Shown in pieces: positions 12,913 through 26,998 of a DNA stretch of 64,000 bases; position 1 is the stretch's first letter, and every line of letters starts with the position of its first letter. A program made the position numbers and the translations under genes. Source of the DNA: Adineta vaga. Lineage: Eukaryota > Animalia > Rotifera. The notes below the pieces were generated by a model. The model saw only the letters and a list, made by a program, of their open reading frames with translations, was not told where the DNA came from and did no database searches. Where the stretch lies: the NCBI GenBank assembly GCA_021613535.1, contig CP075493.1:8370001-8434000 (forward strand). The letters run 5' to 3'.

Positions 12913-13833
12913 TTAAGATTTCGAATACGTTTTGATTAAATCTCTTGCCGCTTGTAAATCTAAAGAAATCAATTCAATGGTGAATATGAAACTTTTGATT
13001 GAAAAGAAAATCATCTACCAGCAAATAAAACAGCAAATTGTTCGGCATTCATTGCAAATGATATTGATTTCGGTTGATTCTCTAAATTATCATTATAATT
13101 TAAATTCATTGTTACAACAGGTAAATGCATATTATGTAAATTATTTGTTGTTTTGATATCGAACATATTCCATTGAATATCATCTAATTTTGTCACTAAA
13201 ACAATAGATAGTAATGAATTTGACGCAATAGGGATGAAAGTTCATTTACATCGCATGACAGATGAACGTAATTTATCGATTAATTTATCGAAATTTTCAT
13301 CATAAACTTTGACTAAACCACTAGCATGTTCTAGAAAGAATTTTTTTTATTGAATATTTAAGATTAGAGTCGAAAAAATTCACCTTTGGGTAAACCAAGC
13401 TGTGTTAATTCATTTAATAAAGATTGTCCATCAACAGAATGTTTAGCTGACATTGTCAGGATATATTGTAATGCACGAATAGACGCTTTTAAATCACTAC
13501 TTTCTATAGAAATAATCATCATAATGATGAAGAAGAAATTCTATCTATTTACCGAATTTATCACCGACTAGTTTTTGTGCTTCGTTAAACTAAAATACGA
13601 GAATTAAGATTGAGAAAATTAAAACTTAAATCATACATTTAAATTATCAGTTAAGATTGCTTGCATGACTTGTTGACAGAGTAATTTTAATTTAACTGAA
13701 CTCTAAATAGAATCAATAGATAATTAATGGACTAGAATTGAAAAAATAAACGTATTTTTACTAGTTTAGATAATGTAAAGATTTCAGCCAATATCCAATC
13801 AGCACAATCTTCACCACCACAAAAACGGAATCG
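12913..13833 (-). CDS. COMMD4: COMM domain-containing protein 4 (start-codon exon upstream of 13833 not located)
   Basis: [55 protein letters not shown] and the COMM-domain W in DIQWNMFD; ends [15 protein letters not shown]. Confidence 0.9.
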
Positions 13834-14394
13834 CTAAAAATATTCAAACTCGTTGAATAAATTACAGTTTAATAAAAAAATAGAATCTCAAAGATGTTGA
13901 TTTAAGTACATCTCTGTTAGTTCGACTAATGTATTCTTTTCAATTTATGGAATCGTTTACAACCAAACTACGCATGACTCAATTACAATTTCTTGATGAT
14001 TTTATGAAAAAACAAAACAAATTATGACATCTGAGCACAGTACAGAAGCAAATTATTTTCTTCTATAAGAATTCTGAGAACTATGAACAACATCGAATAG
14101 AAAAGCACGTGATATAAGCAATATTTTTTCTGATTTGCATTGTAACTTACCATATTAAACTTTTCTTTCTAAATCTAAAACAACAAATGAAAACAGCTCA
14201 AATATCTTTCTTTCGTTCTTATTATTTTTTTCGGTCATCATATTAATCTGATGTTTTATTTTGTTAGAAAACATAAACGAGTAGAAAACAAAACAATGAT
14301 GACAATCAATGACAACTAAAACAATATCAAAATGTTCTTTTCTTTTTCATAGTTGTCTTAGACAGGAGAAAAAAGCTTTGTTTTCTTTTGTGAT

Positions 14395-15175
14395 TTATGC
14401 TTTCGATTCCGATAATCGAGTGGATGAACGACGTTTGGATTCACTGCGTTTACGTTCACGTTTTTCCTTGGCATATTGTTGAAGTAATTTTGCATATCTA
14501 CAAATGAGTGGAGAAGAATCAGATAAATTTTGTTAATAAAAAGAGAGCTTACTCATTTTGAAGAACACGTTGTTTTTCAGCTCGTCGTTTCTTCAATGAT
14601 ACTAAATGTCGTTTACGTTGAACACGTCGTGGTGTAATTAAACGTTGAATTTTAGGTGCTTTGACGCGTGGTTTTTTACTTTCTTTTGTCAATGGTCGTT
14701 TAACAACATATTTTCTAACATCATCTTCTTTACTTAAATTAAATAATTTACGAATATGATTGGCACGTTTTGGTCCAAGACGACGTGGAATGGTTTTATT
14801 TGTTAAACCTTCAATTTCTTGTTCACCACGTTTGGTGACAACACAAGCTATGACGGATAAATTACCATCGACAATACAACCACGAACAGATTTACGTTTA
14901 CGTTCACCTTTTCGTCGTTGACGATAACATTTATGACGTTTATCGAGAAGTAATCGAACACGTTGATTTGTTAAAACACCTTGCATCATTGGAAAACCTT
15001 GTTTATCATTACCACCGGTAATACGTAATGTATAACCCTTCCATTCATTGCCTAAACAACTGGCATCAACTTCTTGAGCAATACGTTTTTCCATGAATGG
15101 ACGTAATTTACGATCATCATCGATATCGAGAAGTTTTTGACAACCTGATACGGGATAAGCTATGTTAAGCTTCAT
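14395..15175 (-). CDS. RPS6: 40S ribosomal protein S6 (eS6), 2 coding exons
   Basis: [33 protein letters not shown]; last exon ends [13 protein letters not shown]. Confidence 0.98.
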
Positions 15176-15427
15176 GATTGTAGATCTAGAAAAGAGAGAA
15201 GATGTTTAGTAATTTTTCTTTTTTTAAAGAAACTCGAACTCGAATAAAAATGCAATGAGAGAAGAAAACAAAAACGTCGATAAACTATGAAACCAATCAT
15301 ATATTTCAGTGATAAAACAAGAGAGGACTGGCTGAAGGTTTTAGTTACTATTAGATGTCGCATGAAGTCATTCATGGAAGAATTGAACGAATGAAAAAAC
15401 GATTCTTCAACTATTTTATTTTTTAGA

Positions 15428-17598
15428 ATGTATCGAATGTTTGCTAGTCTATTTCCTCATGGTAAAAATTCGTTTTTTTCTACAATATAATTAACTTCTA
15501 ATCTGTCATATAGAACCAAATATTCAACAAGAAACTCAAGAAGAACATATAGAAAAGAACAGTGAAGAACATGTAATATTATTCTGGTTTTTAAATATTT
15601 TCATATATTCATCGATTTAGATGGAAGCATTACGTGATTTACATGATACATATAATCATCCGATAAAATGTTCATATCGAACAAATTTCGAAAAGATTTC
15701 CAATAAGAAAAATTCCATATCAATTTTACGACAAGTTAGAATTAAATCATAAAAATAGTCAATAGATCTTTCTTTTTATTCCCTTAAAATTGCAGCGTGA
15801 AATGGGTTTGATTCAGTTTCGTCAATATCCTCAAGCACGATATCGTTTATTGAATAGGTATACATAAAAATTGACAACTTTCGTGACTTTTTTTCTATTT
15901 ATCGTAGATTATTACCGAAAGAAGGTGAAGTCGTAGCATCAATGACAAGGCCAACTTTTTGTGGTCAATTTTCTGATGATGGACAACGTTTTATTAGTGC
16001 TTGTCAAGGTTAATCAATTAGATGAATCTAACAAATGTCGATATGTCGTTTTTTGTTTTGTTTTTCTAGATAATTCCATTCGTCTCTATGATACATCATC
16101 ATCAAAAACATTTGTTCAATTATCCGAAATTGAAGCAATCGAAGTTGGTTGGTCGATACTAGATACCGCTCTTTCACCTGATCGAGCTCAAATAGCGTAT
16201 TCTACATGGTCAGATTGCAGTAAATATGAACAGAATTGAAAGATTAATAACTAATCTTCTTTCTGTTTAGTTTATTTGGTAAAATTAGATGAAAATTATT
16301 CTCCATCAAGTATTTCATCATTATGTTTACAACCAGAAGCAAATCGTTTTTCAATATTTTCTTTACAATTTTCGAAAAGTGGTTCAGAAATTATCTGTGG
16401 TTCCAATGATACATGTGTATATATATTTGATCTTGAAAAACAAAAACGAACATTACGTGTATGTACTTGAAATCATTGATAATCTTTGAAATTATTCAGT
16501 TTTTTTTAAATAGGTTAAAGCTCACTATAATGATGTCAATACTGTTCGTTTTATTGATGATTCCAATGCATTAATTGTTAGTGGTTCAGATGATGGTCTT
16601 GTTCTCGTTTGGGATAGACGAGCACTGAACGAAACTCAACCGAAACCAGTTGGTGTTTTCGCTGGTCATACGAGTGGAATAACCTTTGTACATAGTCGAG
16701 TATGAATATGATTGAATGAAAATAAATGAAGTGTTTGATTCATGTTTGTTCTTATAGATGGATACACGATATTTAATTTCGAATTCTAAAGATCAAAGTA
16801 TTAAACTATGGGATATGCGTCGTTTTGCTGATGAATCCACAATATTCAAAAGTCGTATAGCATCAAATGCAATCAATCGCGTTTGGGATTATCGCGTTGG
16901 TACACAACCACAAACACGTAAGGAAAAATTGACTTCTACTGATGAAGATTTTTCTTTGGAATAATTTCATTTCTAGTTCAAAGACATGAAATTGCAGGTG
17001 ATCCAAGTGTCTTTACATATCGTGGACATTCTGTTAGTTATACACTTATACGATCTTATTTTTCACCAGCATTTACAACTGGACAAAAATATATTATCAC
17101 TGGATCATCTGATGGTTGTGTTTACAGTAAGCAAGTTTTTGTTGGCAAACGGAAAACGATTGATTTGTTTTAGTCTATGATATTCTTACTGGTGCAGTGG
17201 AACGATGTCTTCGTATACGAAATAATCAATATGGTACTGGAAGAGATAAATGTGTGCGTGATGTATCATGGCATCCTTATGATAGTTATATTATATCGAC
17301 ATCAGTAAGTCTTTGTCGGACAGTTCTTTGTATAAACACGATATTTTCTACTTTCTTGCTCTAGTGGGATAACCGTCGAGCACATGTACGATGGACTCAT
17401 AAAATCAGTGATTCTACTGAACCTTATTTATCACCACCTATAGAAACGAGAACTATTTCTGTGCAAACACCATCTACGCCTTCATCGGATCAATCTCGAG
17501 AGTCTTCAAGAATCTTCCAGAACTATATATTTCATCAATCTCATGACAGTGGTGTGAATATAGATATTGATGAGGATGAATCGTTGTCAGAGCAGTAG
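15428..17598 (+). CDS. DCAF11: WD40 protein DCAF11/WDR23, multi-exon
   Basis: GQFSDDG..SACQD, VGWSILD, AHYNDVNTVRF, SGSDDG..VWDRR, RYLISNSKDQSIKLWDMR, WDYR, TYRGH..LIRSYFSP..TGQKYI. Start approximate. Confidence 0.9.
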
Positions 17599-17912
17599 AT
17601 TTCTATAGTTCTTTGATTTAAATTTGTAAATTATGCGTAATTTTAAACTGGCATTGAATTATTTATATAGTTTTTGATAACGAACAAAAGATTATTTTCT
17701 TTCGAATAAAAACAAGTATATTATAACAAATACCAATGTTCTTAGTAGAATTGTTCTTACATTTCTATTTGTTTATGTTTTTCAGGTGACATAAACTTTT
17801 GTAACATCTTCCAAAAGAGAACATTTCTTACAGTTTCTGAGTTATATTTTTACATGATCGCAATTTAACGAGTTCATCTATGATCATTGCTAAATAGTGG
17901 AATCAATTGATA

Positions 17913-19031
17913 TTAAAATAAATAAAATATTATAAAAAGAATTAAAGAAACTAGAAATGGCAGAGGAGAAACTTGCATAGCATTATTATCAGTCGAATCT
18001 GACGATACAGTATTCGATGTATAAGGATTTATTCTTGCTGATACGGATGATGATGGATTTGTATATGCACTACCGGTTATTTCTCGTATCCAATCTTGAT
18101 AGGCAGCAACACGAGTATATACTCCCATAGCATCTGCTCGTGCACATCCATTACCATAACTAGTCAAACCAACTAAGATCCATTGATTACTGGCTGTAAA
18201 CATCATAAGTGCACCACCAGAATCGCCTTGACAAGTGTCTGTTAAAGAGAGCAAACGAAGAAATATAAAGAGAAGGACTGATATTAAAGAAAACTTTACC
18301 TTTACCACCACCATATACACCAGCACATAGTTGTGTTTGTGAATTCCTCACAACTGAACTACAAATTGATGCACGATAATCAATTGTTTGTACAGTCACT
18401 TGTTGAAGATACAATGGTAATGAACCACTTTCCCATAGTGTACCCCATCCAACTGCAACAACCTATCGATCAATTATGACAACATAAAATGAATACAAAA
18501 CAAATGACATATTAAGTAACATACATATAAACCAACTGGTGGCCATTCACCAGCGGCTAATGTTGCTGAATCGACCGAAGGTATACAAATTGGTTTTATA
18601 GTTGAATTTGTCAATGTTAATGGAGAACTAAGTCGTATTAAAGCAATATCATTCATTTGAGTATCACTATTATAATTTGGATGTACTGTAATACTGCTGG
18701 CAACTCGAGATTGACCAGAAAATCGCTGATTGGATCCAGCATAAACGACTATACGTGCTGTTGAAACTCCATATACACAATGTGCTGCAGTAATAATCCA
18801 CAAACTTGATATAATAGTTCCTCCACACAATGAATTACTATTTATTGAGATTGATACAACCCAACTCCAAGTATTTGTTTCTGCTGCTTCTCCACCGACA
18901 ATTCGAGAAACTACTGCTGAATTCGATGAACATCCACATGATGCAGTTGTATCACATGAATAAAGATATTGATGACTTGATCGTACAAGAACAAGTAAAA
19001 CTAGGATGTAAAAACTAATAAGATTCTTCAT
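17913..19031 (-). CDS. Secreted/GPI-anchored trypsin-like serine protease (S1A), 3 exons
   Basis: Signal peptide, [10 protein letters not shown] pro-region, R-IVGG activation site, TAAHC / NDIAL / DTCQGDSGG triad motifs with Asp189 equivalent, Ser/Thr linker and hydrophobic C-tail. Confidence 0.92.
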
Positions 19032-19955
19032 GAATATTACATTCATTCCTTCATTCGACAATCGATTATAGACTAAATATAAGAATATGACTATATCACC
19101 TCAATAGAAATATGTTTTTCTTCCTTTTTTTCTCTTTTCTTCCAATAAACTCCGTTAATATTTATTCAATAGCAGTTGTTTGCATTACTCATGGTTGAAT
19201 AAATATCGATCACGATTTCTGAAAACATTTCTCAATAGTGAATTTTTGTTCTCTTCCTACATATATATATACTTTCTCACAGAACAAAAAAAACATCTAC
19301 GTCAATTGTCGCAAAAGTTTTTTCTTGCTTTGAAATTGAAAGGTAACAAAAAAACACAAAAATAATCACAATTCTGCATTGATCATAAAAAAAAGTTATT
19401 GGAATCTGTATTATTACTGCTAAAATCATGAATTTTAATTGCAAAGTGCTTTTTTCTAGGCGAACTACTACTAAGATCTACTATTGGATTCATCACTAGT
19501 CTAAATGTTGAATAAACTACTGTGAAATTATATTTTTGTACTATTTAGTCATAATTGGACCCAGCAGTATACAATAATTATAAATGTCCTTTTTCAGTAC
19601 AAGATTAAATTATTCAAGATTTATAATTTACATATAGTTTTGACAAAATATTTTTCGATAAATCTTAATTATATACATTTTCTTCTCAACATAAAAATAG
19701 TATCTATTAATCAACATGTCTTTTCTTCTGTTACTACTGATGAATTAAAAATCTTCGGATTCTAATAATTCAAAAGAATAATTACGAATCAATGTTGTTT
19801 AACAACTAGCGACATCTTTCCATATTCATTTTACTCTGGTCACTTTGTTTCTAAGATACCATTCCTGAGAGTGATCAATGGATTAAATTTTGTGGTTATT
19901 TTATTTCTTTGTCAATCATTGATCTAATCAGTCATCAAAGAAGAAAAAGAAGAAA

Positions 19956-22900
19956 ATGCTTGATTCTCAACAAAAATCTTCACGACCATTCAGATCTATC
20001 ACTCCTCGTAAAAAATCTGTTCGTTTTAATATTACATCTCCTTCACCACGAATAACTCCATTAATTAACGAAGATAATTCTTCGAATCATCGTCAACATC
20101 CATTAAATGTTTCCTATACAATTCCTTCCACGACAGTTAATATCGATCATGTAACAAATCAATCTCATATGCAACATTTGAATAATCGTGTGGAATATGT
20201 TCCAACAACACGACGAAACAATTTACAAATAACAGGCGAACAAATTCTTCCACAACCGCAAACGCTCGGTGAACTTCATCAATTTATGAAAATGAAAGCA
20301 GAAAATCTTCGAAAAAATATGACACAAGTCACAGATACATTTATTCATGCTAGTTCACATTTAAATCGTATAAAAGAAGGTAAAATCTTTATATTTTCCG
20401 ATAGTTTTCATTTTTCTTCTCTACACCATTCGATTCTAGAACAACAAACAGCGCTGATGAAACGGCCAAGTCGAATACCTATATCTATCAGCGTTCACCA
20501 TCACCACCTATTGTTATTTATAAAAAACCACAACATCGTGCTCTCGATGATTTACGTTGGTATTGTTTAGCGAGAAAATTTTCCATTCTCTGGCAAAAAC
20601 ATGTGTTCGGATGTCATGTACGGCGAATAAAATCAATTTATCAAGGGCGATTATTGAAAAAATATTTTCATCTGTGGAGAGAAACAATCCATGATCAAGA
20701 CTATGAATCTATAGCAATTGAATTTCATCATCGACATTTATTACTAACCTATTTTCAAATGTGGTTAACTTTTACCTCACAAACTCAAATAGCAGCAGAA
20801 CATCTCGATCATAAACGATTACAGAATGCTTGGAAGATTTGGAAAGTACAGTTAGACAAAAGACGTTTACATCAACAACAATCGATACTTGCAACGGAAC
20901 AATATCATAGAAAACTTTCAGCTCGTGTACGTTTTTTACTTTTTAATAATTTATCTTTCAATGATTTTTTCGTTTTTTTTTAAGTTTTATTACTTTTGGC
21001 AAGTCAAAACACAACAACGACGACAAGAACTTGAAAAAAGTGTACGAGCGAATTATCATTTTCGTATACATTTACAAAAAGCTTGTTTCAATGCATGGTT
21101 AACTTATTCAGATTATCGACAAAAGAAAAATATTCATAAAAGTAAGAGAAATTTGATTTGTTTTAAATCAATAAATCGCTTTTGTAATCGGTATTTAGAA
21201 CGTGTTCATGAATATTATCAAAAACATTTATTGGAAAGAATCTATCGAGATTGGAAACAAGCTTTAACAAATAAATTAATGGTACAACAACATGAACATC
21301 GGTTAGCTCAATTGCAAGAAAAAGTGTTATTACGATGGGCATTTGAACGATGGAAATCACGTGAGATTTATATGTTTGCTCAAAAGATCATTGTTTTATT
21401 TTTCGGAATTTCTATAGATATGAATGATATAGTTGATGAACAACGAATGATGCATATGGCTGAACAGTATAGTGATCGAAGAATTATGGTAAAGATAAAT
21501 AAGAGTTTTTTTTATCTCTAAATCATTCTTCGATATATAATTGATATCATTTTAAAAAGAAAACGACAGTTTTTTTGACATTTGAAGAATACCTTCATGA
21601 CTATAAGTCTATATTGTCTTCCTATAGCGTTCAGCATTTACCATTCTTCAACAATACCTGGCGAAACGTCGTATAAAACAAAGATTAAATTGGATTGCTA
21701 TTGAAAATCGTGCTCGAATGGTATTGAGATCTACTGTTACTTTCTGTTAGTGAATTTATTGAATTTCAGATTGAACGAAATTATTATCGTGCCTGGAAAA
21801 AGCGATTGGAACAACGTGAGAATATCTTAATGTTTAATGAATTTCAAAAGGCGGAATCATTTTACACGATGAAAATTATGATTCGTTATTGGTTCAGTTG
21901 GCGACGATATGTTCAAGATTGTCGACAAGAAAATGTAGAAGAATACTAAATTCTTTCTATAATGAAATTTCAATGTCTTTTTCCTTGTTCAATACTAGGC
22001 TCGACTTCAATCAGCAGCAACATATCATAATTCGAAATTATTACAAAAATATTTTCATCTTCTACGTGCTAATATTACAGATGAACGTCATGAACAATTA
22101 CTGGAAAAACGAGCAAATGATCATTATCGGTAAGAATATCTTTAACTTTTAGTCTTCTATTAACAACACCTTTTTTTTATTAATCTAGTTTACGATATGT
22201 ACGATTATATCATACTATTGGGAAGAACAAACACGTCTTCGTGAACAATATCAAATGAATTATCGAATTGTAAGTTAGAATGAAATGAATTTCGATTATA
22301 TATTTAGAATTTCTTTTTCGTTTAGGCAATTGTTCATGAAGAAAAACGAATGCGCGAACGGTATTTTGATATTTGGTTAAATCGAGCACATTCAAGATTG
22401 ATCGATAATGAACAGCATGTAAATACTAAACTCGATTCAAACAATCTTATGTTTATTTTTATACTGTTTTTCTTTCTTCAGATTGTTGCAGAAAGACATT
22501 ATTTTCGAACGATACTTGTTCGAGCATGGTTATCATGGCGACAATTGATTGATGAACATCATAATGAAGAAAGATTCGAACGAATTGCTATTCAATTCTA
22601 TTATCATACAATTGAACGGCGTGTATTAAATGCATGGAAATTAGTAAGAAAATTTGTTTAAAAACGAGAAGAAAAGAACCAAAGTTCAAATATGTTTTTT
22701 TTTCTAGTTTATTCGTCATTGTCATTATACGAAACAAATGTATCGTGAAAGTGAACAGTTCTATCTGCAACATCGTGGTCGAACAGTATATTTCGAGTGG
22801 TTAAATAAAGCACGATGTAGACGAAGATTAATGACAGTAGTTAATGAACGATTTGAACGTCAACAACGTAATCTATTAAGGTAAATTGAACGAAACTTAT

Positions 22901-24957
22901 CGTTTACACGAGTATTTCTTAATGAGAATCTTTTTCACAAAGATCTATTTCTTGCTGATACATAAAACTTGTTCAACGAAGAAAGTTGAGATTGTCTTTT
23001 TGGTGATATATGAGAACAATTACTAGTGACCTCGAATCAATGTGCTGAAATTGACTTTTTTTTTGAAAATATATCTTTTCATTTTCCTAATACTATTGTC
23101 TTGTTTTATTCATTAGACAATATTTTCGTCAATGGCGAGATAGTATTCAAGAAGAAAAAGATGATCGTCAATTAATTCAATATGCTCAAGATCATTACAA
23201 TCGTTTATTAAAACGTAAAATTCTTCTTGCTTGGAACAATGAAATGATTCAACAAGTAATGATTGATAATGAAAATGAAATTAAATCCAATAAATATCGT
23301 CAAAGAAAAGATCATGCACAACTTGAAATTGTTTATAACAGATGGAAATATATAACTAATGAACATTTACGTGATCGTTTTCTTCTTCAACGTGCACAAA
23401 TATTCTATGTAAAACATATCTTACATAAATATTTTGCTCAATGGAAAGAACAACATCATTTTGATATGAGAATTAAAGTAAGAATTGAAATTTAATTTTT
23501 CTTTTGTCGTTCTAACTGAGCTTTTTTTTTCATAGTTACTTGAACGACAAGCGATTTGGTTTGATCGAATGCGTTTGACAAGTCGAGTTTATACTCAATG
23601 GAAACGAAGTTGGCAATGTGAACAGAAATTACATGAACAAAAACAACGTGCCTTGATTTTCTGGGCTTTACAATTACAAAAGAAGGTCTCTATTAACTTT
23701 TGATCTTGTTCTTGAAAACATATATTCTTTTCTTTTAGTGTTTTCTTCAATGGTTGATCTATACAAGTGAACGAAAACGAAAGAAAGCTCGTTATAATGA
23801 AGCAACACACCATCGACATAATGAATTAGTACGAAATAGTTTACGTCAATTTTTAGTTTATACAGATCATACAAAACTTCGACGACAAGCTTTGTTCATT
23901 CATCAACAAGTTTATGTTCGTAGAAATATGAAGAAATGTAAAATAAATCAATCTTTATTTTTCCTTTCAGTTATATCATGATCGAAATGCTTTAGCATTG
24001 AAATATGTTTCGAAATGGCGAACATTCGTTAAAGAATCATTAGCACGTAAACGTTTAACACAACAATTAATCAAAAGAAAAACAAATATTATACCAATAA
24101 CAAACAATCCACTTGCTTTGGTCAAATTTGATAATAGTCCTCCAAAGTAAATCGTTTTTCTCGTTTAAATTGATTTATGATGAATATTTTCTTAGAATAA
24201 CTAATCGACCACGTCCACGAAAACCAGCCTTTCTTTCTGAATCATTTTCGACTACAGCTATCAATAAAACGTAAATATTCATTCTAATTCTTTCTTTTTT
24301 TTTGAAAAATTTCATTTTCTTTTCTTTCAGAGAATCTGATATTCCTACTATTAATATTCGCAGTCCACCATCATCACCTCCATCACGTCCTCCTCCATCA
24401 ATAGATCATTCCTTACATTCTCCATTTATCAGTGTCAAACAGCCATTCATTCCTCAACAAGATATTCAATCAACATCTCCACCTTTGCCATTACTTCTTC
24501 CACCATCTGCATTTCAATTAACTTCTAATGAAATCAAACAGCCATTATCATCTCGTGAAATACCTAATGAGCGAAATCCACTCATTCTTCCTCATCGACC
24601 GTATTCAACACAACCTTCAACAACAATTCTCATCAATAAAGATAATCTATTGAATGTTAAACAACGTTTAGAAATTTATCTCAACAGAAAAGCGAAATTA
24701 AAGTAAAGAATTTCACACTGTCTTTCTTTTTCCTCACTTTTAAGAATATTTCTTCTTCTTTTTCAGACGTCTTCGACAACAATTAGCTAATTTATCTCCA
24801 TCACAAGTTGACACTCAGGTAAGAAAAGAAACAACATTATTTTTCTCACAGCTCTGCAATTTTATCTTTCTTCTAGCTTGAACAAGAATGCCAACAATTA
24901 GCTGCATTTATTGCTTCAGAAAAACTTCATTTGACTAGTATATTACAAAATTTGTAA
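19956..24957 (+). CDS. SFI1: SFI1-like centrin-binding repeat protein, many exons
   Basis: Many imperfect repeats of the form A..(F/H)....L....F..W (e.g. LLKKYFHLWRE, LLLTYFQMW, LQKACFNAW, ILHKYFAQWKE); Pro-rich region and coiled C-terminus. Confidence 0.75.
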
Positions 24958-25830
24958 GACATTTTTTTTCCTTCTATCAAGTATCTTGTTTTCTTCTTGT
25001 ATTAAACTCTTTCTACATATTTGTTTGTTTTTTTATATAAATAATGGATAGACTACGTATAAAATAAAATGACAATGAGTTATTCATATAGACAGATTTT
25101 TTTTCCGCAAATATTTATAGAAGGAAGAAAAAGTTATAAATAATATAAATGAAAAACTATCTCATTTACTGATGAGTAAATATGTTTCATTTGACTTTTT
25201 GTAGCATTAGAAAAGCAATGAATAACTATTAATAACAAGTAGGTTTTTTATTTTCTTGACTGTATCTATGTGATAAATCAGATCATAATTTTTCACTTGT
25301 CAAATGTTAATCATAAATGAATATAAAAAGTCACAGAATGTGCATGGAATAATGAGAAGTTTTTTGTCGGTTGTTGATGAGGAAAAACGAGAGGTAAAAG
25401 AAAGAAGAAGAAGAAGAAGAAGAAGTAGAAGAAAAAACGGCAACAAGATCTTTCTTTCCATTTTGACAATTCCAGGTTGAAACAAAACACGCACATCGAT
25501 CTCGGAAAAATAATAACAGTAGTTTTTTGTTGCGAATATTTCCTCACACTTATCATGCCGAAGAAAAAGTATGTTTTTATATCCATTAAAAGCTCGGCGA
25601 TAGAATATATACAAAAAAAAGACGAAGAAAATTTGATGTCATTTCTTTGATCTTCGTCGATAAGTAATTAACATCAAAAGAATCAAGGTTGTTCTTCTTA
25701 AAAAACGACGACACTTAATGAAAATCCGATTTAAAAAAAGAACATCGACAAAAATTTCATTTCTTTTCTTTTTTTACTTTTCAAGAAGTCAATTATCTTT
25801 TAAGAAATTTTCGTATAAAATCAACATTGA

Positions 25831-26998
25831 ATGGAAAATCGATCTCCGACATCGAAAATATCAACATTTACATCCATTGATTCCAATGACCAATCTCCAA
25901 AAACGATTTGCGGTCAAGGATATGTATATACAGGTCCATTAAGTTCTGAATATTATCAAATTTCATCGAAATGTATTAATGAAATCAAAGAAGATGTTCA
26001 TAATAATCAATACCAATTCAAAGTGATGTTATTAGGTGACAGTGGTGTTGGTATGTAATGATTTCTATTGAAAATGAAGTGATTTATGTTTCATTTAAAG
26101 GTAAAACATGTTTACTCGTACGATTTAATGATGGAGCATTTCTAACTGGAAGTTTTATTACAACAGTTGGAATTGATTATCGAAGTAAAATAGTCACACT
26201 TGGTGATAAAAAAATCAATTTACAAATTTTTGATACGGTAAAATTCATTAAGTTATTAACGATTTCATCTTTACTCTAACCTTCCAGCGATACAATGATG
26301 ATGATGAAGACTTGTTGACAGATCATATATCAGTTAAAAAAGACTCGTTTTTTTCTTATCGAGATTTGGGATATTTAATATGTAATGAGAAGGTTTTTAG
26401 TAGAATCTAGTCAGTATTTTTCTTGTTTATTTCTCTATCTTAAGGTAAGGAAATAGTGCGTAAAGTGAATTTTTTACTATGCCGATGACGTTTAACGTAT
26501 ATTTTTCAGGTGAATAATTCTACCCTCGATTTTATTTCTTCTATTATTGTTACAAGATTCAAAATAAGAATATCTCCATTTCTTTTCGAATAGGCTGGTC
26601 AAGAACGTTATCGGTCAGTGACACATTCTTATTATCGTGATGCTCATGCATTATTATTACTCTATGATATAACATCGTATTCATCATTTGAAAATATATC
26701 CTCATGGTTAAGTGAAATCAAAGAATTTACACAAAATGATATCATTATTATGTTAATTGGAAATAAAGTCGATAAATCTCAACGTGTTGTATCTCGTGAA
26801 GCTGGTGAACGTTTAGCACGTGATTTTCAAATTAGTTTTCTTGAAACATCTGCCAAAACAGGTCAAAATGTTGAATTAGCATTTATGGCAACAGCTCAAG
26901 CCTTACTTGACAAGAAGATTAATGAAAATAAAGCTCATCTTTTATTCAATGATTTAGTTAAAACGAATAATACAGAAACAAATTATTCATGTTGTTAA
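25831..26998 (+). CDS. RAB26: Rab GTPase, Rab26/Rab37 subfamily, 3 coding exons
   Basis: [77 protein letters not shown]-terminal CC prenylation motif. Confidence 0.92.

Noticed and set aside
25300-25614. Phe/Leu-rich ORFs resembling membrane peptides (also 32872-33462, 34532-34914, 62006-62358)
   Set aside because: Products of GAA, CT and poly-T simple repeats in UTR or intron DNA.
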